Assembly (NCBI GenBank): GCA_046583315.1
Contig: JAYGCN010000075.1
Span: forward strand, 1 to 63,281
Source of the DNA: Candidatus Hydrogenedentota bacterium
GTDB lineage: Bacteria; Hydrogenedentota; Hydrogenedentia; Hydrogenedentales; GCA-2746185
DNA: 63,281 bases
Reading direction: 5' to 3'
Shown here: positions 50,382 through 60,697 of the stretch, piece after piece
Numbering within the stretch: position 1 is the first letter of the stretch
Layout of the letters: each line of letters starts with the position of its first letter
Translations under genes and position numbers: made by a program
The notes under the pieces: model-generated
Databases searched by the model: none
What the model was told of the DNA's origin: nothing
The model's input: the letters and a program-made list of their open reading frames with translations, nothing else

Positions 50382-52102
50382 GCGATACCCCTATAACCAC
50401 CCGGTGGTACCTTCCAGAAACCCCACCCGACAAACTCCATGAATTCTTTGCTCAGAATGAGCTCTCCGGCGTACTCGGCGAACTCCTCTACACCCGCGAT
50501 TCAGGTTCGGGCGACGCACTGGTCGACTTTCTAAATCCAACACAGACGCCACTCCGTGACCCTTTCCTGCTCACGGACATGCAAGCCGCCGTGGATCGCA
50601 TAACGACTGCCCTCGACAAACAAGAACATGTCCGGATCATCGGCGACTACGACGTAGATGGCATCTCCGCCACTGCGTTGCTCTACCGGGGACTACGACG
50701 CTTCGGCATCGAAAACGTCTCGTACGCACTGCCGGATCGTCTCGGCGATGGCTACGGACTGAACGTGCGGCTCATCGACGAAGCGATCAACGACAGCGTG
50801 AAGCTCCTCATCACTGTCGATAACGGTGTTATGGCGAACGATGAAGCCGCACACGCGCATGAAAACGGGCTTGACCTCGTCATCACCGACCACCACACGC
50901 TGGGAGACTCCTTACCAGTAGCGACAGCCGTCATCAACCCAAAACGCGACCCGGAAGACTCACCCTTCGCCAATATATGCGGTACGGCAGTGGCCTTTGA
51001 ACTCTGTTCGGCCTTAAATGGCCACAACGACGATGTCGCACTGGTCGCCATCGCCACCATCGCAGATGTGATGCCGCTCACGGGCGAAAATCGACAGCTT
51101 ACGGCGCGTGGACTCGAAGAAATTCAGCGCCGACAGCAACCGGGCATTCAGGCCCTACTGCGGGTAGCGCGACTTCAACCCAATACCACCCGCGCTCAGG
51201 ACATCGCCTTCCAGGTTGCCCCGCGCATCAACGCGAGTGGTCGCTTGGGCAATGGCAGTACCGCGCTTCAGTTGCTACTCACCGATGATTCGGACGAAGC
51301 CAACTATCTCGCGGACGAACTAAACCGGATCAATGAAGAACGTAAACAGGTCGAACAGCTCATCACCGAACAAGCACTCGAACAACTGACGAGCAACGGT
51401 CTCGCAGACAAGCGCACGATTATTCTCGCCAGCCGCGAATGGCACCCGGGGGTCATCGGAATCGTCGCGTCCAAACTCCAACACCGCCACCACAAACCCG
51501 TAGTACTCATTGCTATCGACGAAGACGGTGTCGGTCGCGGTTCCGGTCGTTCCAACGATCACTTCAGTCTCATAGATGCTTTCACGCATTGTAGCGATCA
51601 TTTCGTTAAATATGGTGGACACCGAAACGCAGCAGGCATGACCATCAATGAATCAGAAATTGAATCGCTACGAGAGGCCTTTGAGCAATTCGCCGAGTCG
51701 CAGGACGCCCCAACATCCCCCGTGCGAACCATTCACATCGACGCGTTGCTACCCTTTACGGAGATAGGACCCGATCTGCTGAGCGACTTGGATCGCCTGG
51801 AGCCGCTCGGACACGCAAATCATCCGCCACTCTTTGCAACCTTTGGCGCACAACTTCTTCCCGGCAGTCTACGCGCACTCAACGGCGGACATCTCCAGTG
51901 CAGCATTCAACAAGACAACCGAACCTTCAAGGCTATCGGCTTCAATATGGCGGATCGCATCGACATGGATAGTCCACCGAAAAAGGTCGATATTTCCTTC
52001 GTGCCCAAATACAACGAATGGAAAGGCAACACCACGATCCAGCTCCACCTGACTGATATCAAAGACTCAAAAAATAACCCCATTTCCACTGATTCCGTCT
52101 GA
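50378..52102 (+). CDS. recJ: Single-stranded-DNA exonuclease RecJ
   Basis: GDYDVDG, TVDNG, TDHH, PRINASGR, GGHRNAAG. Confidence 0.95.
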   Translation: MSDTPITTRWYLPETPPDKLHEFFAQNELSGVLGELLYTRDSGSGDALVDFLNPTQTPLRDPFLLTDMQAAVDRITTALDKQEHVRIIGDYDVDGISATALLYRGLRRFGIENVSYALPDRLGDGYGLNVRLIDEAINDSVKLLITVDNGVMANDEAAHAHENGLDLVITDHHTLGDSLPVATAVINPKRDPEDSPFANICGTAVAFELCSALNGHNDDVALVAIATIADVMPLTGENRQLTARGLEEIQRRQQPGIQALLRVARLQPNTTRAQDIAFQVAPRINASGRLGNGSTALQLLLTDDSDEANYLADELNRINEERKQVEQLITEQALEQLTSNGLADKRTIILASREWHPGVIGIVASKLQHRHHKPVVLIAIDEDGVGRGSGRSNDHFSLIDAFTHCSDHFVKYGGHRNAAGMTINESEIESLREAFEQFAESQDAPTSPVRTIHIDALLPFTEIGPDLLSDLDRLEPLGHANHPPLFATFGAQLLPGSLRALNGGHLQCSIQQDNRTFKAIGFNMADRIDMDSPPKKVDISFVPKYNEWKGNTTIQLHLTDIKDSKNNPISTDSV

Positions 52103-52135
52103 CAATACACAGAGCCACATGATACCATCTCACTC

Positions 52136-53035
52136 ATGCCACCTTGCATCCAGATAAAGCAACTCAGGAAGAAATACGGGCCCAACGTAGCGGTCAACGA
52201 TCTCACGCTCGACATCGAACAAGGGGAGGTCTTTGGCTTACTCGGGCCCAACGGTGCCGGCAAAAGCACGACTCTCTACATGCTCATGAATCTGGTACGA
52301 CCCACTTCCGGCGAAGTCCTTATTTTCGGCAAGAACATCCGCACCAATTTCATCGAGATCGCTTCGCGCATGGGCGTACTCGTTGAGCGCCCCACTTTCT
52401 ACGAGCACCTCACGGTCTCCAAGAATTTGAAACTCACAGCCAGACTGGCCCGCAAAGAGGTCACCATCAGCCGCGCGCTCGACCTCGCCGGACTGCTGCA
52501 TCTTTCGAACGAACGCGTCTCGACACTTTCACACGGCATACGGCAGCGACTCGGGCTCGCCCTGGCCTTCCTCACAGAACCCGAGCTTCTCATTCTCGAT
52601 GAACCAACGAGCGGCCTCGACGTCGAACACACCCAGGAAATTCTGCATACCCTTCGTCATCTCGCAGACGAGGCCAATGTCACCATCGTCATCTCCAGTC
52701 ACATGATGCACGAAGTCGAATCCCTATGCGATCGCGTCGCGATTATCAACCAGGGAAACCTGCTTTCCTGCGACAACACCGACGTGTTGCTCTCCTACGA
52801 CAAAGCCCTCATCGAAGTTCATCTGGACGCACCCGAAGCAGCGGCCAAACGGCTCAACGACGAAACCTGGGTAGAAGTAGCAGAGGCCCATCAAGGCAAA
52901 ATTATTGTCCACCTTACCGAACCGAACCCGCATCACCTCATTACCTACCTCGTCAGCAACGGATACCAAATTTCCGCCGTGATTCCGCGCCGACGTACCC
53001 TGCAAGAATATTTCCTCAAGGTCCTGAACTCATGA
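52136..53035 (+). CDS. ABC transporter ATP-binding protein (BcrA/ABC-2 type)
   Basis: GPNGAGKS, LSHGIRQR signature variant, ILDEP, SSH. Confidence 0.93.
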   Translation: MPPCIQIKQLRKKYGPNVAVNDLTLDIEQGEVFGLLGPNGAGKSTTLYMLMNLVRPTSGEVLIFGKNIRTNFIEIASRMGVLVERPTFYEHLTVSKNLKLTARLARKEVTISRALDLAGLLHLSNERVSTLSHGIRQRLGLALAFLTEPELLILDEPTSGLDVEHTQEILHTLRHLADEANVTIVISSHMMHEVESLCDRVAIINQGNLLSCDNTDVLLSYDKALIEVHLDAPEAAAKRLNDETWVEVAEAHQGKIIVHLTEPNPHHLITYLVSNGYQISAVIPRRRTLQEYFLKVLNS

Positions 53036-53823
53036 TCGGTCGGATTCTAAACGCCTACTCCATCGAAATCTCCAAGGTAATCAGACTTCGCTCAACATTT
53101 CTCGGGCCGTTATTGATCATCATCATTGTGCTCCTGGCACCCTTCGGCTATCCGATCCAACAAGACAACGACAGCGACTACGATTTTCTGGCCTACGTTC
53201 TCCCACTCGCGATCAATGTGTTTGGCCACTTCATGGTGCTCATCTATTCCGCGACGCTTATCTCCACCGAACTCAGCAACGGCTCCATCCGAATGATGTT
53301 AACGCGCCCGCTTCGTCGTCGTGAATACCTCATGGCAAAATTGCTCCACGGAATTTCATACGCCCTGGTGCTCAACGTCATCGCCGTAGCAACGGCCTTC
53401 GTGGTCGTACGCGTTCTCGGCAATCTCTCCGGCATCTATTTCGGTGACGATCTCATATACACCGACAAAGAAATGTTGACCACGCTCGCCTATACCATCG
53501 CACTCACGGCATTACCCCAATTCGCCAGCGTCAGCTTTGCCCTGTTACTCTCCACGGCCACGCGAAATTCAGCCGCATCCGTCGGCGGCGCACTGGCTGT
53601 ATGGATAGGCCTGGAAACCCTTAAACATCCACTCGGAATTCAACGCTACCTCTTCTCCACCTACGCCGAAAATCCCTGGGCCGTTTTCAGCGATCGCTGC
53701 AACGCCTTTCCAGCATCATTCGTGCCCGATGCCTATTGGGGAATTGCTGTGCCCGTGCTCTACATCGTAATTTTCTCAGGACTCACCCTGTACATCATTG
53801 GCCGCAGGAATCTCGTAGCATGA
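53032..53823 (+). CDS. ABC-2 type permease
   Basis: ATGA overlap; E..NGSIRMMLTRPLRRREYLMAK motif; about 6 TMs. Confidence 0.88.
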   Translation: MIGRILNAYSIEISKVIRLRSTFLGPLLIIIIVLLAPFGYPIQQDNDSDYDFLAYVLPLAINVFGHFMVLIYSATLISTELSNGSIRMMLTRPLRRREYLMAKLLHGISYALVLNVIAVATAFVVVRVLGNLSGIYFGDDLIYTDKEMLTTLAYTIALTALPQFASVSFALLLSTATRNSAASVGGALAVWIGLETLKHPLGIQRYLFSTYAENPWAVFSDRCNAFPASFVPDAYWGIAVPVLYIVIFSGLTLYIIGRRNLVA

Positions 53824-55319
53824 TTGAGTACATCATCCCCCTTATTGCGACCTTTGCTGCGCCGCCGCACTATACGGAGATTGAAATCAACGACTTGCAC
53901 GTCAGCAGCATCAATACCCTCAACGGAAAATCGACCCTCAATGCACGCCGGATCGATATCAATCAAGACGGCCTCAGCGATTTAGTCTTTCCGGATCGCG
54001 TTTTGCTCCAGGAAAATGGGACCTTCAATGAAGAGAACGCCATAAGCCTGCCGCAAACCGACCTCGGCCCGGCCATCGACTTTTTCAATCACACCCTCTA
54101 TCTACGCTTCTCCGACTCACTAAAAACGTACACCTTCACCGACCAGGCATGGGCAATCGGCCTTGACATTGAAATGACCTGGCCTCATGAAGCAACGGCT
54201 GACCCCGCTGATGAAACACAGCCCTTACGAACATCCCTCTTCGAGCAATACCTTCACGACATCGACGGGGATTCCGTTCCCGAACTCCTTTTTCCTCTGC
54301 AAGACGGGCTGCATATCTACCGACTCGATGGAAACCGATATCACGCCACGCCCACGCTCGATGTATTCCCTGAATCCAAACTCATGCCTCTTGATTCCGC
54401 GCTATCGGTGGCCGGAATCACCCGACAGGTCGCGTTTCCCGACCAACACGTCTCGTTTCAATGCGCCATTGAACATCAGACCTTATCGATACTCACCCGA
54501 ATAAACCATTCACCCGAAACCATTCGCTATCAGACGAAACACTACTCGCTTAGCTACTCCGATACTGCTTACCACGCCGCGCTCGTTACACCGGTGCTCA
54601 CTTCGCCACCCCTTGCCCCCTTCATGCAACCGATTCGCCTAAGCCCCGATTCCGAACTCGCATACGCGGGCGGCCGACTCGACTACGCATCCACCCTGGC
54701 CATCCTCAACCCGCAGTACATCACGACCTTGCAACTACCCGACAAACCACAAACCCGCTATCGCACCAAGTCCTTCGCGCCCCATACCCTGTTTACCGAT
54801 ATGAACCATGACGGCAAATCCGATCTCGTGCTCGAAACAACCCACATTACCGATGGCAGCCTGCGCCGAACACTCACCCGCTTTACAACACAGAAAAAGT
54901 TCACCCATACAATCAACATACACTTGAACGACGATTCCGGGACCTTCGACAGCGAACCCGACTACTCCAAAACGATTACGATCAAACTCGATCAGACCCC
55001 GATACGTCTCAGCACCATGTTCGAACGCTACCAGGCCGGCAAACTCATCAATTGCACTGGCGATTTCAATCGGGATGGCAAAAACGACCTCATGGTCCAG
55101 ACCCGTGTCGACACCTTGTCCCTTTATCTTTCAACGGCCGATGGTTTCGAACGTCACCCGGCTCTAACGATACCCATCAACGAATTCGAGACCTTCCACG
55201 TCATTGATATCAACGGCGATTCAATTTCCGATCTGCTCTTTGAAGGGATTTCGATTGATGCCATCCAAACGCGACCCCCTACGCGCGCGCTCCTCTTTCA
55301 CGTGGGGACACATCAATGA
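53820..55319 (+). CDS. Exported FG-GAP/VCBS-repeat protein
   Basis: ATGA overlap; DINQDG, DIDGDS, DMNHDG, DFNRDG, DINGDS Ca-binding repeats. Confidence 0.8.
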   Translation: MIEYIIPLIATFAAPPHYTEIEINDLHVSSINTLNGKSTLNARRIDINQDGLSDLVFPDRVLLQENGTFNEENAISLPQTDLGPAIDFFNHTLYLRFSDSLKTYTFTDQAWAIGLDIEMTWPHEATADPADETQPLRTSLFEQYLHDIDGDSVPELLFPLQDGLHIYRLDGNRYHATPTLDVFPESKLMPLDSALSVAGITRQVAFPDQHVSFQCAIEHQTLSILTRINHSPETIRYQTKHYSLSYSDTAYHAALVTPVLTSPPLAPFMQPIRLSPDSELAYAGGRLDYASTLAILNPQYITTLQLPDKPQTRYRTKSFAPHTLFTDMNHDGKSDLVLETTHITDGSLRRTLTRFTTQKKFTHTINIHLNDDSGTFDSEPDYSKTITIKLDQTPIRLSTMFERYQAGKLINCTGDFNRDGKNDLMVQTRVDTLSLYLSTADGFERHPALTIPINEFETFHVIDINGDSISDLLFEGISIDAIQTRPPTRALLFHVGTHQ

Positions 55320-56695
55320 CCTCGACGCTGCTCACCCTAGTGCTCACCCTGACCCACGCCGCAACCGTCCCCTATCAGGTATTCCCCTACAGTGCCACTT
55401 CCGAGAACGCCGCGCTCTACGTCTTGCCCGGATCACATCCCGCCACCTCCAACATCGTCATTCTCGACGGTACCGAACTCACTGTTTACCCCAGCAATGC
55501 GACCCACCCGAGCTTGCGTCACCAAATCGATCCCAATACGCTACTCTTCGATCTCTTTGACACCAACGACGACGACATCCCTGAACTCTTCACCTTACTT
55601 CCCGATGCACTTTTTCATTACCCTGAACCCAACAATCAGACCAAGATTACACTCTTCGGCATAACCCCCTCCCTGCCCTGGCTCGTTACCCAACCTTTCA
55701 TCCACCCCATCATCCTGTCCTACGACAACGCCCATCTGGCGGCCATCCCCTATCAAAACAACATCACTCTCAAAACATTCGAAGGAAAAACACTCAGCAC
55801 CCTGCCCAAAATACTCTCGGACACCCACTCCCTGTTCACCATACCCGTCTCTCCCAACCAAATCGGCTCCCCCGACGCTTTTGAGTTCAAAGTTGACACC
55901 CTCCTGACCACCGCAATCAACATTCCACGCGAACTGCGCCCCGCGCCGAGTATTCCCGGCCCCACCTTCACCACCCCACGCCTCCTGCGCGAATCTGAAC
56001 AGCGCGACCTTGACCTTTGGCCAGCTTTCCCCTTGACAGACAGCCCTGACAACAACGAGCGCGTCATTTTTGCAAGTTACGCACCCGAACATGTTCACAC
56101 CATCATTCGCATCAAGCGCGACCGCCCGACTTCGGCCTTCACACAAACGGAGTTGCAGACCTATACCCCCGAACGCATCTACCCGGGCACCATCGCCACC
56201 TCCCAATCCGGGTATCCCGATTTTAACGCGGACGGCTACCATGACCTCGTCATGTGGAGAATGGCGCTACCCGGCCGCTCGATAAATACCATGATCAACA
56301 GCCTGCGTTCCCAGACCTGGCCTATCGAACTTACCGTACATCTCTACGATCGCAATAAACGCAGGTATACCGCACGGCCCACCGCACGCATCAAAACCAC
56401 CGTCGCCATCCAGTTTATCCTCATGCGACAAAACCAGTCCCCCCTACGCAACCTGAGCTTTGCCGATCTCAACAACGATGGTGCGTCTGACCTTACTCTG
56501 TCCCCACAACCCGACACACTTGAAACATGGGTTTTCGAGAACGGATTCGAGCCCAAGCCGAACTTCCGCTCACGCTTTCAGAATCCCGTCGAGCTGATTT
56601 CCCCCCTTCGCCAAGAGACCAATGCCTCAACAGCTACGCTCTTGCTACGCGACAAGACCACCATTTATCGCGTGAACGCCCCGTCGGATAATTAG
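55316..56695 (+). CDS. Exported FG-GAP/VCBS-repeat protein
   Basis: ATGA overlap; signal peptide; DTNDDD, DFNADG, DLNNDG repeats. Confidence 0.75.
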   Translation: MTSTLLTLVLTLTHAATVPYQVFPYSATSENAALYVLPGSHPATSNIVILDGTELTVYPSNATHPSLRHQIDPNTLLFDLFDTNDDDIPELFTLLPDALFHYPEPNNQTKITLFGITPSLPWLVTQPFIHPIILSYDNAHLAAIPYQNNITLKTFEGKTLSTLPKILSDTHSLFTIPVSPNQIGSPDAFEFKVDTLLTTAINIPRELRPAPSIPGPTFTTPRLLRESEQRDLDLWPAFPLTDSPDNNERVIFASYAPEHVHTIIRIKRDRPTSAFTQTELQTYTPERIYPGTIATSQSGYPDFNADGYHDLVMWRMALPGRSINTMINSLRSQTWPIELTVHLYDRNKRRYTARPTARIKTTVAIQFILMRQNQSPLRNLSFADLNNDGASDLTLSPQPDTLETWVFENGFEPKPNFRSRFQNPVELISPLRQETNASTATLLLRDKTTIYRVNAPSDN

Positions 56696-57543
56696 AAGTC
56701 GAGATTCCGCCTCACATCAAGCGTAACACGATCCGCGTCGGCATCATGACCCTGTTTGCGAAGTAAGGTAGTCAGATTCAGGCCCGCCTGACGATACACA
56801 TTCGCCGCCCCGGGATGCTGCTCCAACGCAACGGCCTGCCCACGCGCCAGCACCGACTCGTAAGCCTTCCGGGCATCGTCAGGTTTCCCAACACCCTCGT
56901 AAGCCACCCCTTCCATCACGCCAAGTTCAAGTAGACGTGTAGAATTTGGGAGCGCCTCTTCCGCGATGCGGTTCCGGGTCTTCAAAACCGATTCAAAATC
57001 ACCACGAGACAAGTCATAGGCCGATTGAGTGTGCGCCGTCTCCAATATCTCCGTCGGTGTACTCGCATGTTTCCAGGCAAGCCGAAGCGCTTTTTCGGCC
57101 TCATCATACATCGGAGGTTCGAGCTGTGGATAGAGCGTCGCCAAGGTCGCATAAATCAGTCCGCGCTGATCCGCATTCTCAGAAACCTGCAAGCGACTCA
57201 AGAGCAAACGCACACCGTCTTCCCTAGACTCCGCCCAACGCGCTTCGGTAATCACCAATTCCGTTTTGGTCGATGCACGTTCCGCCGTCGATTGTTCAAG
57301 GCTCCCCCAGACATCGATATGTTTACTACTGGAACTTTCTTCCGCCGACGGCCGCGAACTTACCAGTGCTCTCACATTTTCCCGTTCCGTACCCGACTTC
57401 GCGCGAAATTTTTTCGTCGGTGCCTGACTGGTACTCGCAGCGAGTGTCTCGGAATCCTGTTGCCCGAAGTAAAAAGCACCCCCAAACATAAGCACCAGGA
57501 GAACCAACATGATCGAAATGATTAGGCCAGGTCGTTCTTCCAT
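56692..57543 (-). CDS. Membrane-anchored TPR-like protein
   Basis: N-terminal TM; helical repeats such as GVAYEGVGKPDDARKAYESVL. Confidence 0.65.
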   Translation of the reverse strand: MEERPGLIISIMLVLLVLMFGGAFYFGQQDSETLAASTSQAPTKKFRAKSGTERENVRALVSSRPSAEESSSSKHIDVWGSLEQSTAERASTKTELVITEARWAESREDGVRLLLSRLQVSENADQRGLIYATLATLYPQLEPPMYDEAEKALRLAWKHASTPTEILETAHTQSAYDLSRGDFESVLKTRNRIAEEALPNSTRLLELGVMEGVAYEGVGKPDDARKAYESVLARGQAVALEQHPGAANVYRQAGLNLTTLLRKQGHDADADRVTLDVRRNLDF

Positions 57544-57607
57544 TGCATTCAGCCCCCTCGATTACACAAGAAACAGAAATCATCCAATTGGTGCGTAACC
57601 AACTCCT

Positions 57608-58564
57608 CTAGCGCGGTTCGTCCGAGAAAAGCGGTGCATTCGGGTCGCCAAACACATCAGCCCTCGGCGCCTGCGTGGGCGACAGCAGTTCCAGCGGCTC
57701 CGCTTCCAGGGGCTCAATGAGCGCATCGCCTTCAAAGGGTTCAAGCGGCTCGATACCCATCGGTTCGGGCAATACCGAATACACACTTATGTCATTACGA
57801 ACATGTTTCACGCCACGCGTATTCATAGCCACCTGCGCAGCCAATTGACGTTCCTCGTCCGAATTGACGATACCGGTCAAGTAACAAACACCGTCATCCA
57901 CCTCAACATCGATAGTGCGCACGCTCAGGTGTCGGTTCAGCACGATACTTTTTTCCACCCGCTTTTCCACGAACTCGTCAGAGACCTCACGACCAATATT
58001 GCGGAATGTCGACAAATCCTCTTTCGTACGTACCGTTAGGTTGTTCACGACACGTTTCACACCCTTCGTCTGGAACGCGACATACTCCGCCTGTTCTTTC
58101 TGAAAATCCGAATCCACGATTCCCGTCAAGGTCACCACACCCACTTCAGTGTTGGCCTTTATCTTTTCACCGCGCAGGGTTTTGCGATACATCAGACGCG
58201 TACGAACCGATACCGAAATCGTTCGATCATCCACCTTGGTGCGCCACGAACGGTAGGGCTTATCCGGCGGGCTATCCGGCATGATCATAATCTGATTGTC
58301 GACAGACGTGACTCCCCTGACCGATGCCGCGATATCACCCGCGAGTTCGCGCTGCAACTCAGCGTTCACGCCGCCCATCAGAGTCACCGCACCGTTTTCC
58401 GTGACCGTATCGATATTATACGGATTGAGATGCTCGTTGAACGTAAAGGTAGTTTCAATGCGCGCGGTGATGGCCGAATCCGTGACAACCCCCCGAGCCT
58501 TGTCCAACTGGCCCGGCGCCACAAGCGTTGCCGCCACCAACAGTGATACGATACTCATCTTCAA
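57608..58564 (-). CDS. Periplasmic protein with three BON domains (OsmY-like)
   Basis: Three repeats of D..I...V..G.V.L.G.V....A......GV..V.N.I. Confidence 0.88.
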   Translation of the reverse strand: MKMSIVSLLVAATLVAPGQLDKARGVVTDSAITARIETTFTFNEHLNPYNIDTVTENGAVTLMGGVNAELQRELAGDIAASVRGVTSVDNQIMIMPDSPPDKPYRSWRTKVDDRTISVSVRTRLMYRKTLRGEKIKANTEVGVVTLTGIVDSDFQKEQAEYVAFQTKGVKRVVNNLTVRTKEDLSTFRNIGREVSDEFVEKRVEKSIVLNRHLSVRTIDVEVDDGVCYLTGIVNSDEERQLAAQVAMNTRGVKHVRNDISVYSVLPEPMGIEPLEPFEGDALIEPLEAEPLELLSPTQAPRADVFGDPNAPLFSDEPR

Positions 58565-58618
58565 ATCCCCCTGTACCGGCCCACCACAGACCGGTCACTT
58601 GATATCGGGAATATCGTC

Positions 58619-59569
58619 CTACAATACCCCCACTTCCTTCAAACCATCGATACCTTGACGAACTTCGTCAGCCGATTTATGCAACTCAGCCGACTGCGCA
58701 TCCGTCAGATCGAGTTCAATGACCCGTTCCACGCCATCTTTTCCAAGAACACACGGAACACCGATGCACACGTCCGAAAGGCCGTACTGACCTTCCAAGA
58801 GTGTAGCACAAGGCAAAAGCTGTTTTTCATCGCGCACGATCGCCTGTGCCATACGGGCCGCACTGGCCCCCGGAGCATAATAGGCACTTCCCGTTTTCAG
58901 CAAGGCAACAATCTCACCGCCGCCTTTACGTGTGCGTTCCACCAACGCATCAACACGATCCGCAGACATTAACTTCGTAATCGGAATACCCGAAACCGTC
59001 GTATACTCAGGCAACGGAACCATGTCGTCCCCATGCGAACCCAGCACCATCGTATCAATATTTTTCATATTGATGTTCAATTCCATCGCCACGAAGGCAC
59101 GCAAACGCGCACTGTCAAGACAACCCGCCATGCCTACGACGCGTTCTTTCGGAAATCCGAGCTTCTGAAACGCGACATAGGTCATTACGTCCAGCGGATT
59201 CGTGACAACAATCACCGTGCAATCCGGCGCGTGTTTCGCGATATTCTCTGCGATACCGGATATAATATTCCCGTTTTTCTCAAGCAGATCAAGACGTGTC
59301 ATGCCCGGTTTGCGCGCCAGCCCTGCCGTCACGATACAAACATCCGCCCCTTCGATATCTTTGTAATCATTCGTGCCCGTGACCATCGATCCATAACCAC
59401 GAATCGGCCCGGCTTCACTCAAATCAAGCGCCTTGCCCTGAGGAAGACCCTCCATGATATCCGTCAAAACGATATCGCCCAAATCCATCTCCGCACAATA
59501 TTGCGCGGCCGAAGCGCCTACATTACCAGCGCCAACACATGCTATTTTAAACCTTCTACCCGATGCCAT
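58619..59569 (-). CDS. mdh: Malate dehydrogenase (LDH-like)
   Basis: GAGNVG, GKALD, AGLARKPGMTR (Arg specifying malate), NPLD, LDSAR, GSHG. Confidence 0.95.
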   Translation of the reverse strand: MASGRRFKIACVGAGNVGASAAQYCAEMDLGDIVLTDIMEGLPQGKALDLSEAGPIRGYGSMVTGTNDYKDIEGADVCIVTAGLARKPGMTRLDLLEKNGNIISGIAENIAKHAPDCTVIVVTNPLDVMTYVAFQKLGFPKERVVGMAGCLDSARLRAFVAMELNINMKNIDTMVLGSHGDDMVPLPEYTTVSGIPITKLMSADRVDALVERTRKGGGEIVALLKTGSAYYAPGASAARMAQAIVRDEKQLLPCATLLEGQYGLSDVCIGVPCVLGKDGVERVIELDLTDAQSAELHKSADEVRQGIDGLKEVGVL

Positions 59570-59647
59570 CGATTTTCTCCAGTCAGAATTGTTGAGGGTT
59601 GCTCAGAAAACGACAGTATACCCCAGCCCGCCCCAAAAATTAAACTC

Positions 59648-60682
59648 TTAATGGCCTGTTAATGACTTCCGGAACGCCGATAAGGTCTTGCTCGCGCAGT
59701 TATCCCAGGTATGGTCTATCAACTGCTGTTTACCCTCTTGTACGCGCCGCCGAGTCTCCGAAGCATCCACGCCGATCGCACGTTTCAGTACCCCTATCAT
59801 CGAATCCACGCTCTCCGGGTTAAAATAGATGGGGGCATTCCCACCCACCTCAGCAATTCCCCCGACCTTGGCCGCGCACACCAAGGCCTGACCGGCGAAT
59901 GCCTCCAACACGGTGATGCCTGCGCCTTCATAGAGCGACGGGCACACATAGAAATCACAATGTTGATACAAACCCGCCAGCTGCGTCGTGCCCAATCGAT
60001 CAATGCGGAACACCTTATCGCCCCACGACTTTGGCTCGCGATCGCCCGGTTGCCCGACAATGACGAGCGTATGCTCAATATCGTCCTTGATACTATCAAA
60101 CGCATCACGCAATCGCTCAAGATTCTTGCGCGGACTCACCTTGCCCACCGCCAAGATATACGGCTGCTCGACGATGCACCGTTGCTCCTCAAAAAAACAG
60201 GCGTCGACACCCATAGGCGCCACCGTGACTTTATTGAGCGGCACGGTATACAAATGCAACAGCTCACGTTTGATAAACTCCGACGACACAAGCAGCATCG
60301 TCGCTTCTTCAGAAAGCTCCCGAAGTCCGCGTTGAGGATTTCCCTTAGCCCAGAATTTCCTCTTCGATACGCCTGATTCCGCCTCATACAAATCCATCAC
60401 GAGTACGACCAGGGGAACCGGCAGACGATGCGGCGCGTTGGCAACGGGACTGAACACAAGGTCAAGCTCTTCATCGGCCACGACTTTCGAAATCTGTTTC
60501 GCAGACTTCAACCTCGCACGCTCATACGGCGAATACGAATCGTGATTCAACGAATCCGTCAACACCAGAACGTCCGCACTGCTCTCCTGCGCAGCGATGG
60601 CTTCGAGAACTTTACGCAGGAAAATTTCCTCGCCGCCACCGAAACCGGGTGCCATGCCCAGTGTATTGAAACCTATTCGCAT
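59648..60682 (-). CDS. Glycosyltransferase family 4
   Basis: GGGEE, VGKVSPRKN, PSLYEGAGITVLEA. Confidence 0.88.
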   Translation of the reverse strand: MRIGFNTLGMAPGFGGGEEIFLRKVLEAIAAQESSADVLVLTDSLNHDSYSPYERARLKSAKQISKVVADEELDLVFSPVANAPHRLPVPLVVLVMDLYEAESGVSKRKFWAKGNPQRGLRELSEEATMLLVSSEFIKRELLHLYTVPLNKVTVAPMGVDACFFEEQRCIVEQPYILAVGKVSPRKNLERLRDAFDSIKDDIEHTLVIVGQPGDREPKSWGDKVFRIDRLGTTQLAGLYQHCDFYVCPSLYEGAGITVLEAFAGQALVCAAKVGGIAEVGGNAPIYFNPESVDSMIGVLKRAIGVDASETRRRVQEGKQQLIDHTWDNCASKTLSAFRKSLTGH

Positions 60683-60697
60683 CGTTTTATAGAACCA

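Noticed and set aside
52726..53819. Track starts at 52726 (permease) and 53736 (FG-GAP protein)
   Set aside because: Extensions overlap upstream genes; ATGA-coupled starts at 53032 and 53820 fit better
57640..57770. EPLE repeats in the BON protein tail as a DNA repeat or CRISPR-like array
   Set aside because: Short degenerate coding repeats with no spacer structure and no cas genes
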